Below are positions 1 to 49,858 of a DNA stretch of 64,000 nucleotides, one piece after another. The DNA lies in assembly GCF_052425735.1 (NCBI RefSeq), contig NC_135763.1:31372001-31436000 (forward strand), given 5' to 3'. A model generated the notes under the pieces. The model did no database searches. It was not told the origin of the DNA and saw only the letters and a program-made list of their open reading frames with translations. Source of the stretch: Oculina patagonica (taxonomy: Eukaryota). Position 1 is the stretch's first letter; each line of letters begins with the position of its first letter. A program made the translations under genes and the position numbers.

Positions 1-234
1 TCGCTAAGCGTGTCATTTGGTCGCTGTTTTTGTTTTGCAAATGCTGACACACTTCTTTGTTAGATTGAACACGCTCCTTTGTTTTTCCGTGCCACTTATA
101 ACAAAAGAAAATTTTAATGATTCGTGCGTTCTGACACAGTGCTTGCGTGTCAACAGAATTTTCCTTTGTTTAGCGTGTCAAATTAGCGTGCCCGTGTCAT
201 CACCATTTTACCTGTTTTCCCGTGGAGGGTCACA
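1..234. mobile_element. Probable right end of a DNA transposon/MITE running off the window
   Basis: Repeated CGTGTCA motifs ending at ...GGAGGGTCACA followed by TA; partner TIR not in window. Confidence 0.35.
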
Positions 235-1070
235 TATGTGGTCTTGAGTAGGCAATCTTTATAATTTTTGGCAATTTTTTTATTTTTTTTTTGTAATAGA
301 TACTTAAAGGAAACCATGGAGTATCTTTGTTTTGCCCTTAAAAGAGTAAGTTACATGTATACTAAGTGTGCATAAATTTGCTTAATTCTTTTTTGAATAT
401 TGGTGGGTGTGAAGATAGTCCATGAGCCAGACCTCAAAATTTTACATTTTGGTACCACTTTGAGGGACCAAACGCCTTATTCATTTTTGGAAAGACACAT
501 ATCCATGGATGTTAAAAAACATTGATGGACTTGAATGGGATGTAGCTGAGGGGTTAATTCGGCAATAATTTCACCACCCTCTAGAGCAAGGACTAGCAGA
601 AGGGAAGAAAGAGCCGGCACCAATTACATAGTGTTGTGACTTCGTAACAAACAAATCTATAACCCTTACATTTCCTTGATCATACTATAACGAAGATTTA
701 AACATTATCTTTAGATTTATTAAGGGTGCGGTAACAATCGTTTCCATGGCAACCAAATTGTCAGTAAAAAGCCAAGGCCTAATAACTTTGTGCACCATTT
801 ATTGACCTTCAGATTTTCCGATCCTGAATTCACTTTTTAACTATGCTGGTACATTGTATCTATCGTATTGAACACCGAAAAGGACTGTTATGCATGTGTT
901 CTTCCTGTGTGTCCTTCCTTCTAGTGTCAAGAACATATACTATACAAAACCTTTGAAAGCACTGAATATGAAAGATCTACCTTGAGCATGAGTAGGCTTC
1001 AGAAACTTTGTATCAAATTTGTTACACCTCACTTGATAAACATAGACTACTAGCTGGCAGCATAACAAAG

Positions 1071-4000
1071 TTAATCCTCATCGCCTGAGCTATCTTCGGA
1101 ATCAGACTCTTGCCCTTCTAAATTCTCATCTTGCCAATTGTTGCAGTCCTGCAGCCTACAGGTAGTGGTACACTTCAGACCATTGGCTAGGCACTGGCAA
1201 TTTGGCAGCTTGCATACTGAGGTGCACTTGCAAGAAAGAAACTCTATGACGACATCTGGGGCAGGTGATCCGGTCATCCAGCAAATTGCAAGGTTGCCAT
1301 CTTCATTACACCATCCATGACCAATTGGATTAGGAATTCTAGGACACGTTTCAAGAGCACGGCGCCACACTCCAGCCTGGTAGTTCGCACGTAGGCTGTG
1401 CATGAACAGGCAATCTTGACATGGTGGTAGTTGCCCTGATTCGATCTCTCCCTTCTTGGCTCTAAACAGCTGGTACCGTAGGTCATTCACGGTATTAGAT
1501 GGACATCGGTTTGCATACAATTTACAGGTAAACTCTTGGAGCACACTGAAGAGTGTACTTGACATCGACCAGTCCTTTCCCAGTTGGCTAAATGCATCTT
1601 GGTACTTTCTGTTCTTCTGTACCAGCTTCAAGGCACTGATTTTGCCTTTTCCTCCGAAAGCACTCACAGTATCACACCCAGTGAATGCATGCATTCCGGG
1701 AAGTGCACTACACATGTTGTGACCAACAGCAGCAGCAACCTTCAGAACATCAACGAATCTCTCTCTGTTTTGGGTGCCGCACTTGATGAACAAATGGCAG
1801 CCAAATGTAGGAGCAACCGAGAGGCAAATGATAAGGACATCCGTATCTTCTGATGCGATGATGACGGAACTGGAATCTTCTGCTGCATGGTTTGCGTGGA
1901 GTAACATGCGCGTGTCTGCCTCCTCTTGTGTAGTGGACAAAGCGGGAACTTCACTTGAAGTGTCACTCGTCAGCTTGAAGCATGTATTTTCACACGTGAT
2001 ATACATGACTTTGTCGTGGAGCTTTGATCTCAATGCTTGCTTCTGCCAGTCCTGTGCTAGGAACTTGATCAAGTTGGTTTTACTTTTTGATGACGACAGA
2101 AGACGCCTCCACTGCTTGACTTTGTGGCCAGCAACGATTTTGCCAAAGAGAAGACCACTGTCTGACCCACGATTGACACGTTCAGCATTCTTTATGGACT
2201 CGTCTTTGTAAACATCAAATACCACATCCACTCGGTAGCTTTCTGACCCAGCACGTAATGCAGACACGAAAAGAGCCTCTGAAAGTTCACCGAAAGTTTT
2301 GTTCTCTCCGTGGGCTTTCTGTACAAGACTCATCCCATCGATCACACAGGCTGATGGTCGAGGAATGACTTCTGCCAAGGAAACATTTTTCTCCAGCTGT
2401 CGTGCTAAGGTGGCCTTGCTTGTTTTCTTAAGGGTGCCATCACAGTTTCCAAGTGACCATGGTAATGGCCCAAGTGGGTGAGCCAGAACTGAACTCATGT
2501 CCAACTTTCTGCTGGTAGCAATGAGTACCATGTGGCCAAATAACTTGTGGTCAGCTTTGAGAATAGCCTCCTTAGTAGTGCCTTTGGCCACTTTCGGTTT
2601 GTTCATATCAGAAAATGTTTTCAACTTCTGCTTGGGTAGTGGATCATGAAAGGGCTTCTTTCTGCTTTCAACTCGGTCATCTTGGAAGTGCTTGTACGCT
2701 GTTTCGCCAACTTGCTTTGCTGTGAGAAGATCCGTTGCAACATCAGCTGGGGCAACAGTAGCTGTTGAAAGGCTAATCAGCTCGGTCGGCTCACCGCTAA
2801 ATGGATTTATCCATTCATTTTCCATCAAATCAAGAATGGATTGAACAGCTGCTTCATCCTTTCGAATACGAGATGATTCTAAGTCGTGATGGCTGATGCC
2901 AGGTGGCCTGATATCAGTCAGTTCCCGTATTTGTTTCAAGCAAGTGCTTCTGTGCTCTGCTGTAAGGTAATAGCGGCTCAATGCAGCTGGCTTGAGGCTG
3001 AATCCTTTGGTTCCTCCGGCAGTTTGTGTGTCCTTGTTGACTGTTTCTTCAATGGTTTGGTCAACTGGTATCCGGCCAAAGGGATTCTGTGTGCCCAACT
3101 GTACAGAAAATCCTCCATTCTCAAGCTGGACATGGACATCTGGATGATCAATTGAAAGTCGGGTCATCTCAGTGTAGTAAACGGAGAGGTAACGACTGTA
3201 ATTCACTCTGTCGTAAGCAAAACACCACGGGAGAACAGCACGGATGGCATACAGATGGAGCATCCAGTTGCCTTCTCTTGAAGATCTAATCAAATGCAGA
3301 AGTGTCTCAACCATGTCCATGTACGACATCCAAAATTGTGCCAAATGCCCTGCCTCAGTTCTCAGGAAAGAAAGATAATCCTGATAGAGATCAAACAAAT
3401 AGGCAAACCGCGGACTGTTGAGAACCGCATCTAGGTTTTCCTGCCGATTAACGTTGACAATCAGTGCTCGCGTGTCATCCAACAAGGACTGTAACTCTCC
3501 AGGGGAAGCTTGTTTCCCTTCAAACCACTTAAGGAAACCTTTCCAAGCTAGTCTCTGAAGCGCCTCAAATACAAGCTTGTGAAGGCGTATCCCTCGGTTG
3601 TACTGCTGGCCATTCAAAACTCGATCTACAGAACCTTCTGTGATGACTTCGGACTCAACAGCCAGATCCCGTAGTCCTGCATCAAGGAAACGCTTTCCAA
3701 TAACCGCCAGGAAGTTGCAAATTGTGTGAAACGCGCCCATTCTCAGTACAATTGGTTGGAACTTGTCTGGGTGTTTCCAGGTGATTTCTGCTGCCTTTGC
3801 ATACATGGCTTGGTCGAAAACACACACAATGTCCTTTAGATGAAGAGATTCTTTGATCTTGAGAGCTTGGTTTAACACTTCATTCACTGTGCTCATTGCT
3901 GTCGCTGGTGCGTTAATAGTTGGAAGGTAACCTACTGTGTCCTGGTTGACAGGAGTTTTATCTCTCGTCATGATGTTAAAACCAGTCCACCCACTAATGT

Positions 4001-5741
4001 TCTGCTCAGTGGTGTTAATTTGTCTTGCCATACACCAAGTAAAGTTCTTCATGTTCGCTGTTTTGATGGCATCGCTAGAATCAACTGGTAGCAGTTTTAT
4101 TTCTGGCGGGCCAACACGCTCACCAGCGTTAAAACTTGGCAAAAGAAACTGTGCTTGTTCGATGCTTCTTTTCTTTTGCTTTGGCATTGTCGTAGCAGGT
4201 GTTGGTGCTTCAACTGTGTGTACCATTGGCTGAACCACGATGCCATTTACACGGTGAGATGTTCCACCTCCACTGAGAGTTTCCTCCAGTCGGTCAATGT
4301 TGTCAAACGCCAATGTTGTAGGCACACCAGGATAGATGTTTGATGGCAACATAACACCCATTTGCTCATCACTTTCAATCTTTTTCATACACAGTGCAGT
4401 TTCTATTTCCTCCAGTTTTGAATATGACACGCCATGGCCAAGCCGGTTTAACAGCTTAATCACTTCCACGTTTCCAGTGAGTGTTTTTACAGCCCAGGGA
4501 AGCAGGATGTGCTTGGCTGTAGTACACGACCCTCCGCTTACTGCAAACATGCAGTCTTGGGAAACGGAGTAGATAAACCTATTCACACGGGACGTCATAG
4601 GCTTCTCTGTGTCACCTGCCACAAGGGTCTGCAGGAATGCTGTCAGGAGGGGCGTTAAAGGTAGATAATCCTTATCCAACTCATGTGGTTCAGGAGGCCA
4701 TCCAAGGTGTGCTTCATCTTGGGATTTCTTCAACTCGTCTCTGACGTATAATGCTGTCTTCTTGACCAGTTGTAATGGATCTGATTTACCTTCTTTCATG
4801 GACTTTAGCTCTCCTTTCATTCTCATTTGCTCAGCTGCCAAAGTAGTGATCTTTAGGTTATCAGGAATTATAAGGAGTTTTCCATTGTCGTCAGGAAAAA
4901 TCAACAGACTTTCCCCAAATTCTCCCTCCAATTTACGGCGGATGTGCTTCTTAGTACTGGCTTGTACGTCTTCAACACCATGCGCTTTCATGTACAGAAC
5001 TAGCTGGCCTGTCAAATCCACCATAGGCAAAACCCGGGGATTCGAAAACAATTCTTCCCTTATGTTAGCAAAGAGCATCTGGTAGGCATCGTCTTCAGCA
5101 TCTGCATACATCCTGTCCCCATCTTTTCCTTTATCCAGATTGTCGCTGGGTTTATAGTATTCTCGTGTGTAATCGCGGTAGCAAGTCTTGTGATAATGAG
5201 CCTCCGCAGCAACCAATTCTCGAGACGTCACTGTTAATATCTTGCTATCCCTCTTGGCAGTGGCCACAGCTCTAACTTTTTCATCTGCACGAAGTTCACT
5301 TGCTTGAATAAGTGGCTCCCTGGAGTGTGATCGTTTTATGTATTTGTTGCCTTTGTCACAGAAAATACATATCTTTTGATACACCCGGGAACTGCTGGAA
5401 GCTCTCTTAGAAGAAGATAGCTGTTCATCACGAGGGTCTTCGGTCACGGTATTGGCAATCTTTGATTGTAAGCTGTTCAGCGTCTTCTTGTGCGTAAAGG
5501 CACTCCTACATTCTCGATGGTAATAAACAGCAGGAACAGCTTCATTGCTGGTCGGCAGTTGTAGGATGGGTTCGAATTTGTGCATTTCTGCTGCTTTTCG
5601 AAGGGTGACCCATGATGACTGATCTTTTGGTGTTACTAGTTCTATGCGTGGAGCTTTCACAGAGCATATTACACAGGTTGTAAAGTCAGTGTCAACACGT
5701 GCCCTCTTTGAAGGCCTCCCATCTGAATCCGGAGACGACAT
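1071..5741 (-). CDS. Academ transposase: DDE-type core + XPG/FEN1-like nuclease + C-terminal Cys-rich (CXC/Cys8) finger, 1556 aa
   Basis: Uninterrupted ORF. Core motifs FDNID, VFDQAMYAKA, MGAFH, DQTIEETVN. XPG/PIN-like acidic motifs VIDGM, VVFDVY, QEEADTR, SEDTDV, HAFTGCDT. C-terminal CKCTSVCKLPNCQCLANGLKCTTTCRLQDC. N-terminal CxxC...HxxC motifs. Confidence 0.9.
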   Translation of the reverse strand: MSSPDSDGRPSKRARVDTDFTTCVICSVKAPRIELVTPKDQSSWVTLRKAAEMHKFEPILQLPTSNEAVPAVYYHRECRSAFTHKKTLNSLQSKIANTVTEDPRDEQLSSSKRASSSSRVYQKICIFCDKGNKYIKRSHSREPLIQASELRADEKVRAVATAKRDSKILTVTSRELVAAEAHYHKTCYRDYTREYYKPSDNLDKGKDGDRMYADAEDDAYQMLFANIREELFSNPRVLPMVDLTGQLVLYMKAHGVEDVQASTKKHIRRKLEGEFGESLLIFPDDNGKLLIIPDNLKITTLAAEQMRMKGELKSMKEGKSDPLQLVKKTALYVRDELKKSQDEAHLGWPPEPHELDKDYLPLTPLLTAFLQTLVAGDTEKPMTSRVNRFIYSVSQDCMFAVSGGSCTTAKHILLPWAVKTLTGNVEVIKLLNRLGHGVSYSKLEEIETALCMKKIESDEQMGVMLPSNIYPGVPTTLAFDNIDRLEETLSGGGTSHRVNGIVVQPMVHTVEAPTPATTMPKQKKRSIEQAQFLLPSFNAGERVGPPEIKLLPVDSSDAIKTANMKNFTWCMARQINTTEQNISGWTGFNIMTRDKTPVNQDTVGYLPTINAPATAMSTVNEVLNQALKIKESLHLKDIVCVFDQAMYAKAAEITWKHPDKFQPIVLRMGAFHTICNFLAVIGKRFLDAGLRDLAVESEVITEGSVDRVLNGQQYNRGIRLHKLVFEALQRLAWKGFLKWFEGKQASPGELQSLLDDTRALIVNVNRQENLDAVLNSPRFAYLFDLYQDYLSFLRTEAGHLAQFWMSYMDMVETLLHLIRSSREGNWMLHLYAIRAVLPWCFAYDRVNYSRYLSVYYTEMTRLSIDHPDVHVQLENGGFSVQLGTQNPFGRIPVDQTIEETVNKDTQTAGGTKGFSLKPAALSRYYLTAEHRSTCLKQIRELTDIRPPGISHHDLESSRIRKDEAAVQSILDLMENEWINPFSGEPTELISLSTATVAPADVATDLLTAKQVGETAYKHFQDDRVESRKKPFHDPLPKQKLKTFSDMNKPKVAKGTTKEAILKADHKLFGHMVLIATSRKLDMSSVLAHPLGPLPWSLGNCDGTLKKTSKATLARQLEKNVSLAEVIPRPSACVIDGMSLVQKAHGENKTFGELSEALFVSALRAGSESYRVDVVFDVYKDESIKNAERVNRGSDSGLLFGKIVAGHKVKQWRRLLSSSKSKTNLIKFLAQDWQKQALRSKLHDKVMYITCENTCFKLTSDTSSEVPALSTTQEEADTRMLLHANHAAEDSSSVIIASEDTDVLIICLSVAPTFGCHLFIKCGTQNRERFVDVLKVAAAVGHNMCSALPGMHAFTGCDTVSAFGGKGKISALKLVQKNRKYQDAFSQLGKDWSMSSTLFSVLQEFTCKLYANRCPSNTVNDLRYQLFRAKKGEIESGQLPPCQDCLFMHSLRANYQAGVWRRALETCPRIPNPIGHGWCNEDGNLAICWMTGSPAPDVVIEFLSCKCTSVCKLPNCQCLANGLKCTTTCRLQDCNNWQDENLEGQESDSEDSSGDED

Positions 5742-5810
5742 TTGCCGTTACTGTCACAAGCACGCACATGACTGAACGTTGAAGAAAGAGAAAATTGCGT
5801 CATTTAACTA

Positions 5811-5942
5811 CCTTATTACATGAAATTTTCGCGACACGTTAATTTCGCGAATTTCGCGATTCCAAAAAAATCGCGAAATTAAAGTGACGCGAACAATAAG
5901 TGTCGCGAACATAACATGAGGCGAAAATTAAGTGACTCACAT

Positions 5943-5976
<34 letters not shown>

Positions 5977-6657
5977 TGAATTTATAGAGCGCTACATCTA
6001 ATAAAAATCCGTAGCGCTTTACAATAATAACAGATAAAAAATTTAACAATAAATGACCATAATTTACACATGTAAACAAAACGGAAAAATAATAATGATA
6101 AACTATAAATCATAGGCCCGTTTAAACAAGAGTGTTTTAAGTTTTTGCTTGAATTCCTCTAGAGAGGCACATAGTCTTAAGTTGTCCGGTAAACTGTTCC
6201 ATAGTTTCGGGGCAGTATAGGAAAAGGCTCTACAGCCATATGTCAATAATCAAGAAAGAATAAGTCTAGTACCACTGAAGGAAGGAATTATCAATCTAAA
6301 TGGATTTTGTCGTCAATTGACTCAAGAACAATAACTCATGCACGTACAAGCATGACCTACTTGTAGACATTGTGAGGATCGGACTGCTCTGTTGTTGCTA
6401 TTGCCGAGATTTAGTCCCGCCCTTGCGTTTTTGTTAATTTTGACGTTATTGTTCCTTTGATGAAGTCGTTTAATTTAATTCAAGGGCATGTTAAATAATA
6501 CTGCCAAAGAAATATTAATTGTTTCTTACTCAAAAACGCGAAATTAAAGTGATTCAAAATACAAAATTTTCGCAAAATCGCGAAATTTAAGTGTCGCGAA
6601 ATATGCGCACCTCAAAATCGCGAAATTAACGTGTCGCGAAAATTTCATGTAATAAGG
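5811..6657. mobile_element. Tc1/mariner-pogo-type MITE nested in the Academ element
   Basis: Perfect 40-bp TIR CCTTATTACATGAAATTTTCGCGACACGTTAATTTCGCGA; TA at 5809-5810 and 6658-6659; internal CGCGAAA repeats. Confidence 0.88.
5944..6244 (-). mobile_element. 3' fragment of an L2/CR1-group LINE nested in the MITE
   Basis: Minus strand reads TYGCRAFSYTAPKLWNSLPDNLRLCASLEEFKQKLKTLLFKRAYDL*, then a TGTAAAGCGC...GCGCTCTATAAAT stem and a (TTA)n tail. Confidence 0.85.
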
Positions 6658-7397
6658 TATTTCATTAGTTTTCTATGAAATGTTGCTAGCCTAGAATTAT
6701 GAATTACACTGAACGTATAGCTGAACAAGTAAATCGAGTTGCCCAATCTGCCAACCATAATTATTGCCTGTAACAATGTAATTATAAGTCAACTTGATCA
6801 CTAGGTTCACCACTATGGTACCTGTAAGTTCGTACAGTTTGACATCGATAACCTTTCTAAGTACTATTTTGGCTATAGCACTTCAAATATTACTGCTTTT
6901 AAGGTTTTCTTATCTTAGAAACTCGTCAAAAGGCATTTAAACATGATAAATTTGCTTAAAATGCCATAATAGACAGATATACTTACAGTTCTGGCCTCTC
7001 AACATTCCGCCATCTTGGATTCCAAGGATACACGTCATGTAAGACATCACAAAATATACTTTCGTTGTTATTTGCTTTTTTATGCGAACGAATGGGATAA
7101 ATGCAGACATTTTAACATAATTCCCAAACGGAATAGCATTAGTTTACATATTTTATTCAACAGTTGTGAATGTTAGGGAATTATAGGCATTTTGATAAGA
7201 AATACATTTCATGGCCGCCATCTTGGATTTTCACTCTCCAGGTGATATAAAAGCCTACGTTTAATGTTGCTTAGCTACAAAGAGGACAGGTCCATCAAAG
7301 TTTTTTGGGTTCTACATACAACAGGTATTAATAAAAACCAGGTAGCGTCTGGTCCCTCCACATGGTACCAGTAGGTGGTCTGGCTCATGGACTAAGA

Positions 7398-7565
7398 GAG
7401 GCATGGAGGGCTTGTGGTTAGTGCATTGGACTGATCTGCATTGAGCAGTACAGGTTCGAGCCCTGCCTGGGGTCACTGTGTTGTGTTCTTGGGCAAGACA
7501 CTTTACTCTAACAGTGGCCCAGTCTAAGCAGGTTTATAAATGAGTACCAGTAAATTAATGTTGGA

Positions 7566-7614
<49 letters not shown>

Positions 7615-7750
7615 GGGGGGGGGGTGCAGGGGACTACATGTAGCATCCCTTCCAGTAGAAAGAATAAATACACCTAGTCATTCAATCGACAGAATCTGCA
7701 GTTAACCACCAGCAGTATGAGCCACACTACATTGAAGACTCAAACCTTAA
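7398..7750 (+). mobile_element. tRNA-derived SINE family A copy with internal (GT)n
   Basis: A/B-box-like head (GTGGTTAGTGC...GGTTCGAGCCC) and TGTGTTCTTGGGCAAGACACTTTACTC body shared with copies at 8231, 13028, 41920 and 59506; (GT)n at 7568-7611. Confidence 0.8.
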
Positions 7751-7856
7751 CATTTATTTAGTGGACATGAAACATTGGATGTAAATTATGTACAGTGTAC
7801 ATGTATGCTTTGTGTCATATAATAAATGAAAAGTATTTTTTATTTACTATTTTCAG

Positions 7857-47646
<39,790 letters not shown>

Positions 47647-49714
47647 ACCATATGCACAGGACCGTTTGTGTACTTGCAAGGCGATCTTAATGGCATGGAT
47701 TCAATGGTCGATCGACATTTTGTCCTCGAAAACTATGCAATGTTTCGTGGCGTTGGCACTTGCAGCTAAAGCTGGAGGTCTTGAAGACGAAATCAGTCAA
47801 ACTCAAATATTGCAGGACTAGCATTACAGCTGAATTTATGGAGAATTCTTTCACCATCAGTATCGCCAGTATCGTCCCATCGCAACATAAAATATTTGAT
47901 TTTTTTTCTGAGCGCTTTCGACGGTGTAAAGCTGCAGGAGTGGCTTAACCCAATTCAACATTTGAATCATGCAGTGGTCGTGATGAAATCGAAGTAAGCC
48001 AAGTTATATCGTTCAGTTACCAGCGTTAAGGTCCGAAATTTGCAAGCGATAAAATTTCATGGTTGATAGCAAATCCTGGTAATCAGCATAACAATGGAAA
48101 CAACAAATGAGCTATAGCGAACAGACAACAGATTTCTCTGTAATGACATAATATAAATTCTTTTTTTCCTATATAAAACAAAATTTCCTGTATAAAACAA
48201 AAACTGATTCTTGTCGCAAAGTTTTATTAAAAAAATGTTTAATATTCAGTTTATTTACGATAAATCGGCCCGCGTATGGAACAGGTTTTACGCCAAAGAC
48301 CCCCCACTCCCCCCTCCTCCCCACTCCCCACCCCCAACCAAAAGTCGCAGGAAGTAGCGATTCGAAAATGTCTTATACAATGATGTTACTCCGGAACTTT
48401 ACTTGATGAAAATTTGGTAAGACGAACGTCTGTCAAAGTCCTAATTTTAGCGTGCTATATATTCGACCCTTTGCAACATGTTACTCTGTAGTTTGTAAAT
48501 CTAATGAGTTACCTACAACCTAACAGCAGTATCGTCGATGCCGTTTTCGTCATTGTTTTCTAGTACTGTTAAAAGTTTTGTAACTGGAAACGCGTTACTT
48601 GAATCAAATGTACAATCAAGAAACACTCAGAAAATTGATATGTATTTCACCAACTTTATCCCCTGACCCTCTCAGAAAAGGCACAGGGCTAGAAACAATG
48701 TTAGACTGAAATGGCATAACAAGTTTAGTGTTTACCTGCCTAGGCATCAAAAGAAAATTAATGGTAGCAGACGGTAAAATATTAAGAGCCAAAAGATTTT
48801 TAAGATGGAATCCGCCAGGACTTCGTGTATTAATTGGACAAAATTATGTACTAAATTTATTTTCATGTTATCGCAAACTTCTGTGTTACTGGTTCAAATA
48901 TCTTATCAAAAGAAATCATTTCTAACAACACCAAGCATCGAAAACAAATTTCGAATTAAACGACGATTTTACAAAATAGCTGCACGTAAGATTTTGCCTA
49001 TAGTTTTCTATGGTTCTTTTGAACTTTGAAATTCTTTTTCTCGGGCTCTGATAAGGAATTGGTGGTGTTATCACGGATAATTACATCTTAAGCTGTTAAA
49101 AAGAATAGAAAATATCGCAATAGGATTTAAACTATTCTTGTAAGTGTGTCGGCCGACGCGTCAGTGATGTGTCGGCCGCCGCGTAGGTAATGTGTCGGCC
49201 GACGCGTCGGTGATGTGGGGTTTGTGGGGGGGTGTCGGCCGACGCGTTGTTTGGATCGGAGTCCTTACCTTTACCGTTATTTCCATCACCAGAATAGTGC
49301 AACAAGATAAAACGTCAGAAAAGGTACAGTTGGAAGCGCTGAAGTGATCCGCTTAAAATTAACTAAAATCATAGCAACAGGTCGCAAAACTGTTCTTTGC
49401 GATTAGCTTAAGCGAAGTTAAGTTTTATGATTACTTTACAAATAATTAAAATATAAAGGAGATTTAACTCTTTCTGAAGATTCGCCCTCGCGAACGTCGC
49501 TTCAATTTGTCGCATTGCGTTACAGGGTTTAATAATTTGATAATTAAAATTCAAAAAGGAATCTTACTTTCGAGCGGAACGCTGAAGTCATTTCAGCTGC
49601 AGATTACAGCCTCTATTAAGTAGAAGGCTACCAGGAACCGTAGAATGAGAAGAGCACACAAGTAAGCCCTTTCATTCTTGGACCCACCGTCCCTCCACTG
49701 GAAAACCGCCAGTT

Positions 49715-49715
49715 A

Positions 49716-49753
<38 letters not shown>

Positions 49754-49754
49754 A

Positions 49755-49796
<42 letters not shown>

Positions 49797-49805
49797 TTGA
49801 TGATG
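49715..49805 (+). repeat. (ATG)n microsatellite downstream of the minus-strand gene's stop codon
   Basis: Direct reading. Confidence 0.9.
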
Positions 49806-49858
49806 GACGATGCTGGTGAATTTATTAATAACGTTTTGGTACTTCGTGTATGCACTTG

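Larger units (their letters stand above)
416..7394 (-). mobile_element. Full-length Academ (AcademX-type) DNA transposon
   Basis: Perfect 18-bp TIR TAGTCCATGAGCCAGACC (416-433) / GGTCTGGCTCATGGACTA (7377-7394); 3-bp TSD AGA (413-415, 7395-7397); second imperfect inverted block 450-475 / 7345-7370; encloses a 1556-aa ORF with the Academ domain layout. Confidence 0.9.

Noticed and set aside
1138-5085. Short + strand ORFs over the Academ gene
   Set aside because: Antisense shadows of the 1556-aa ORF.
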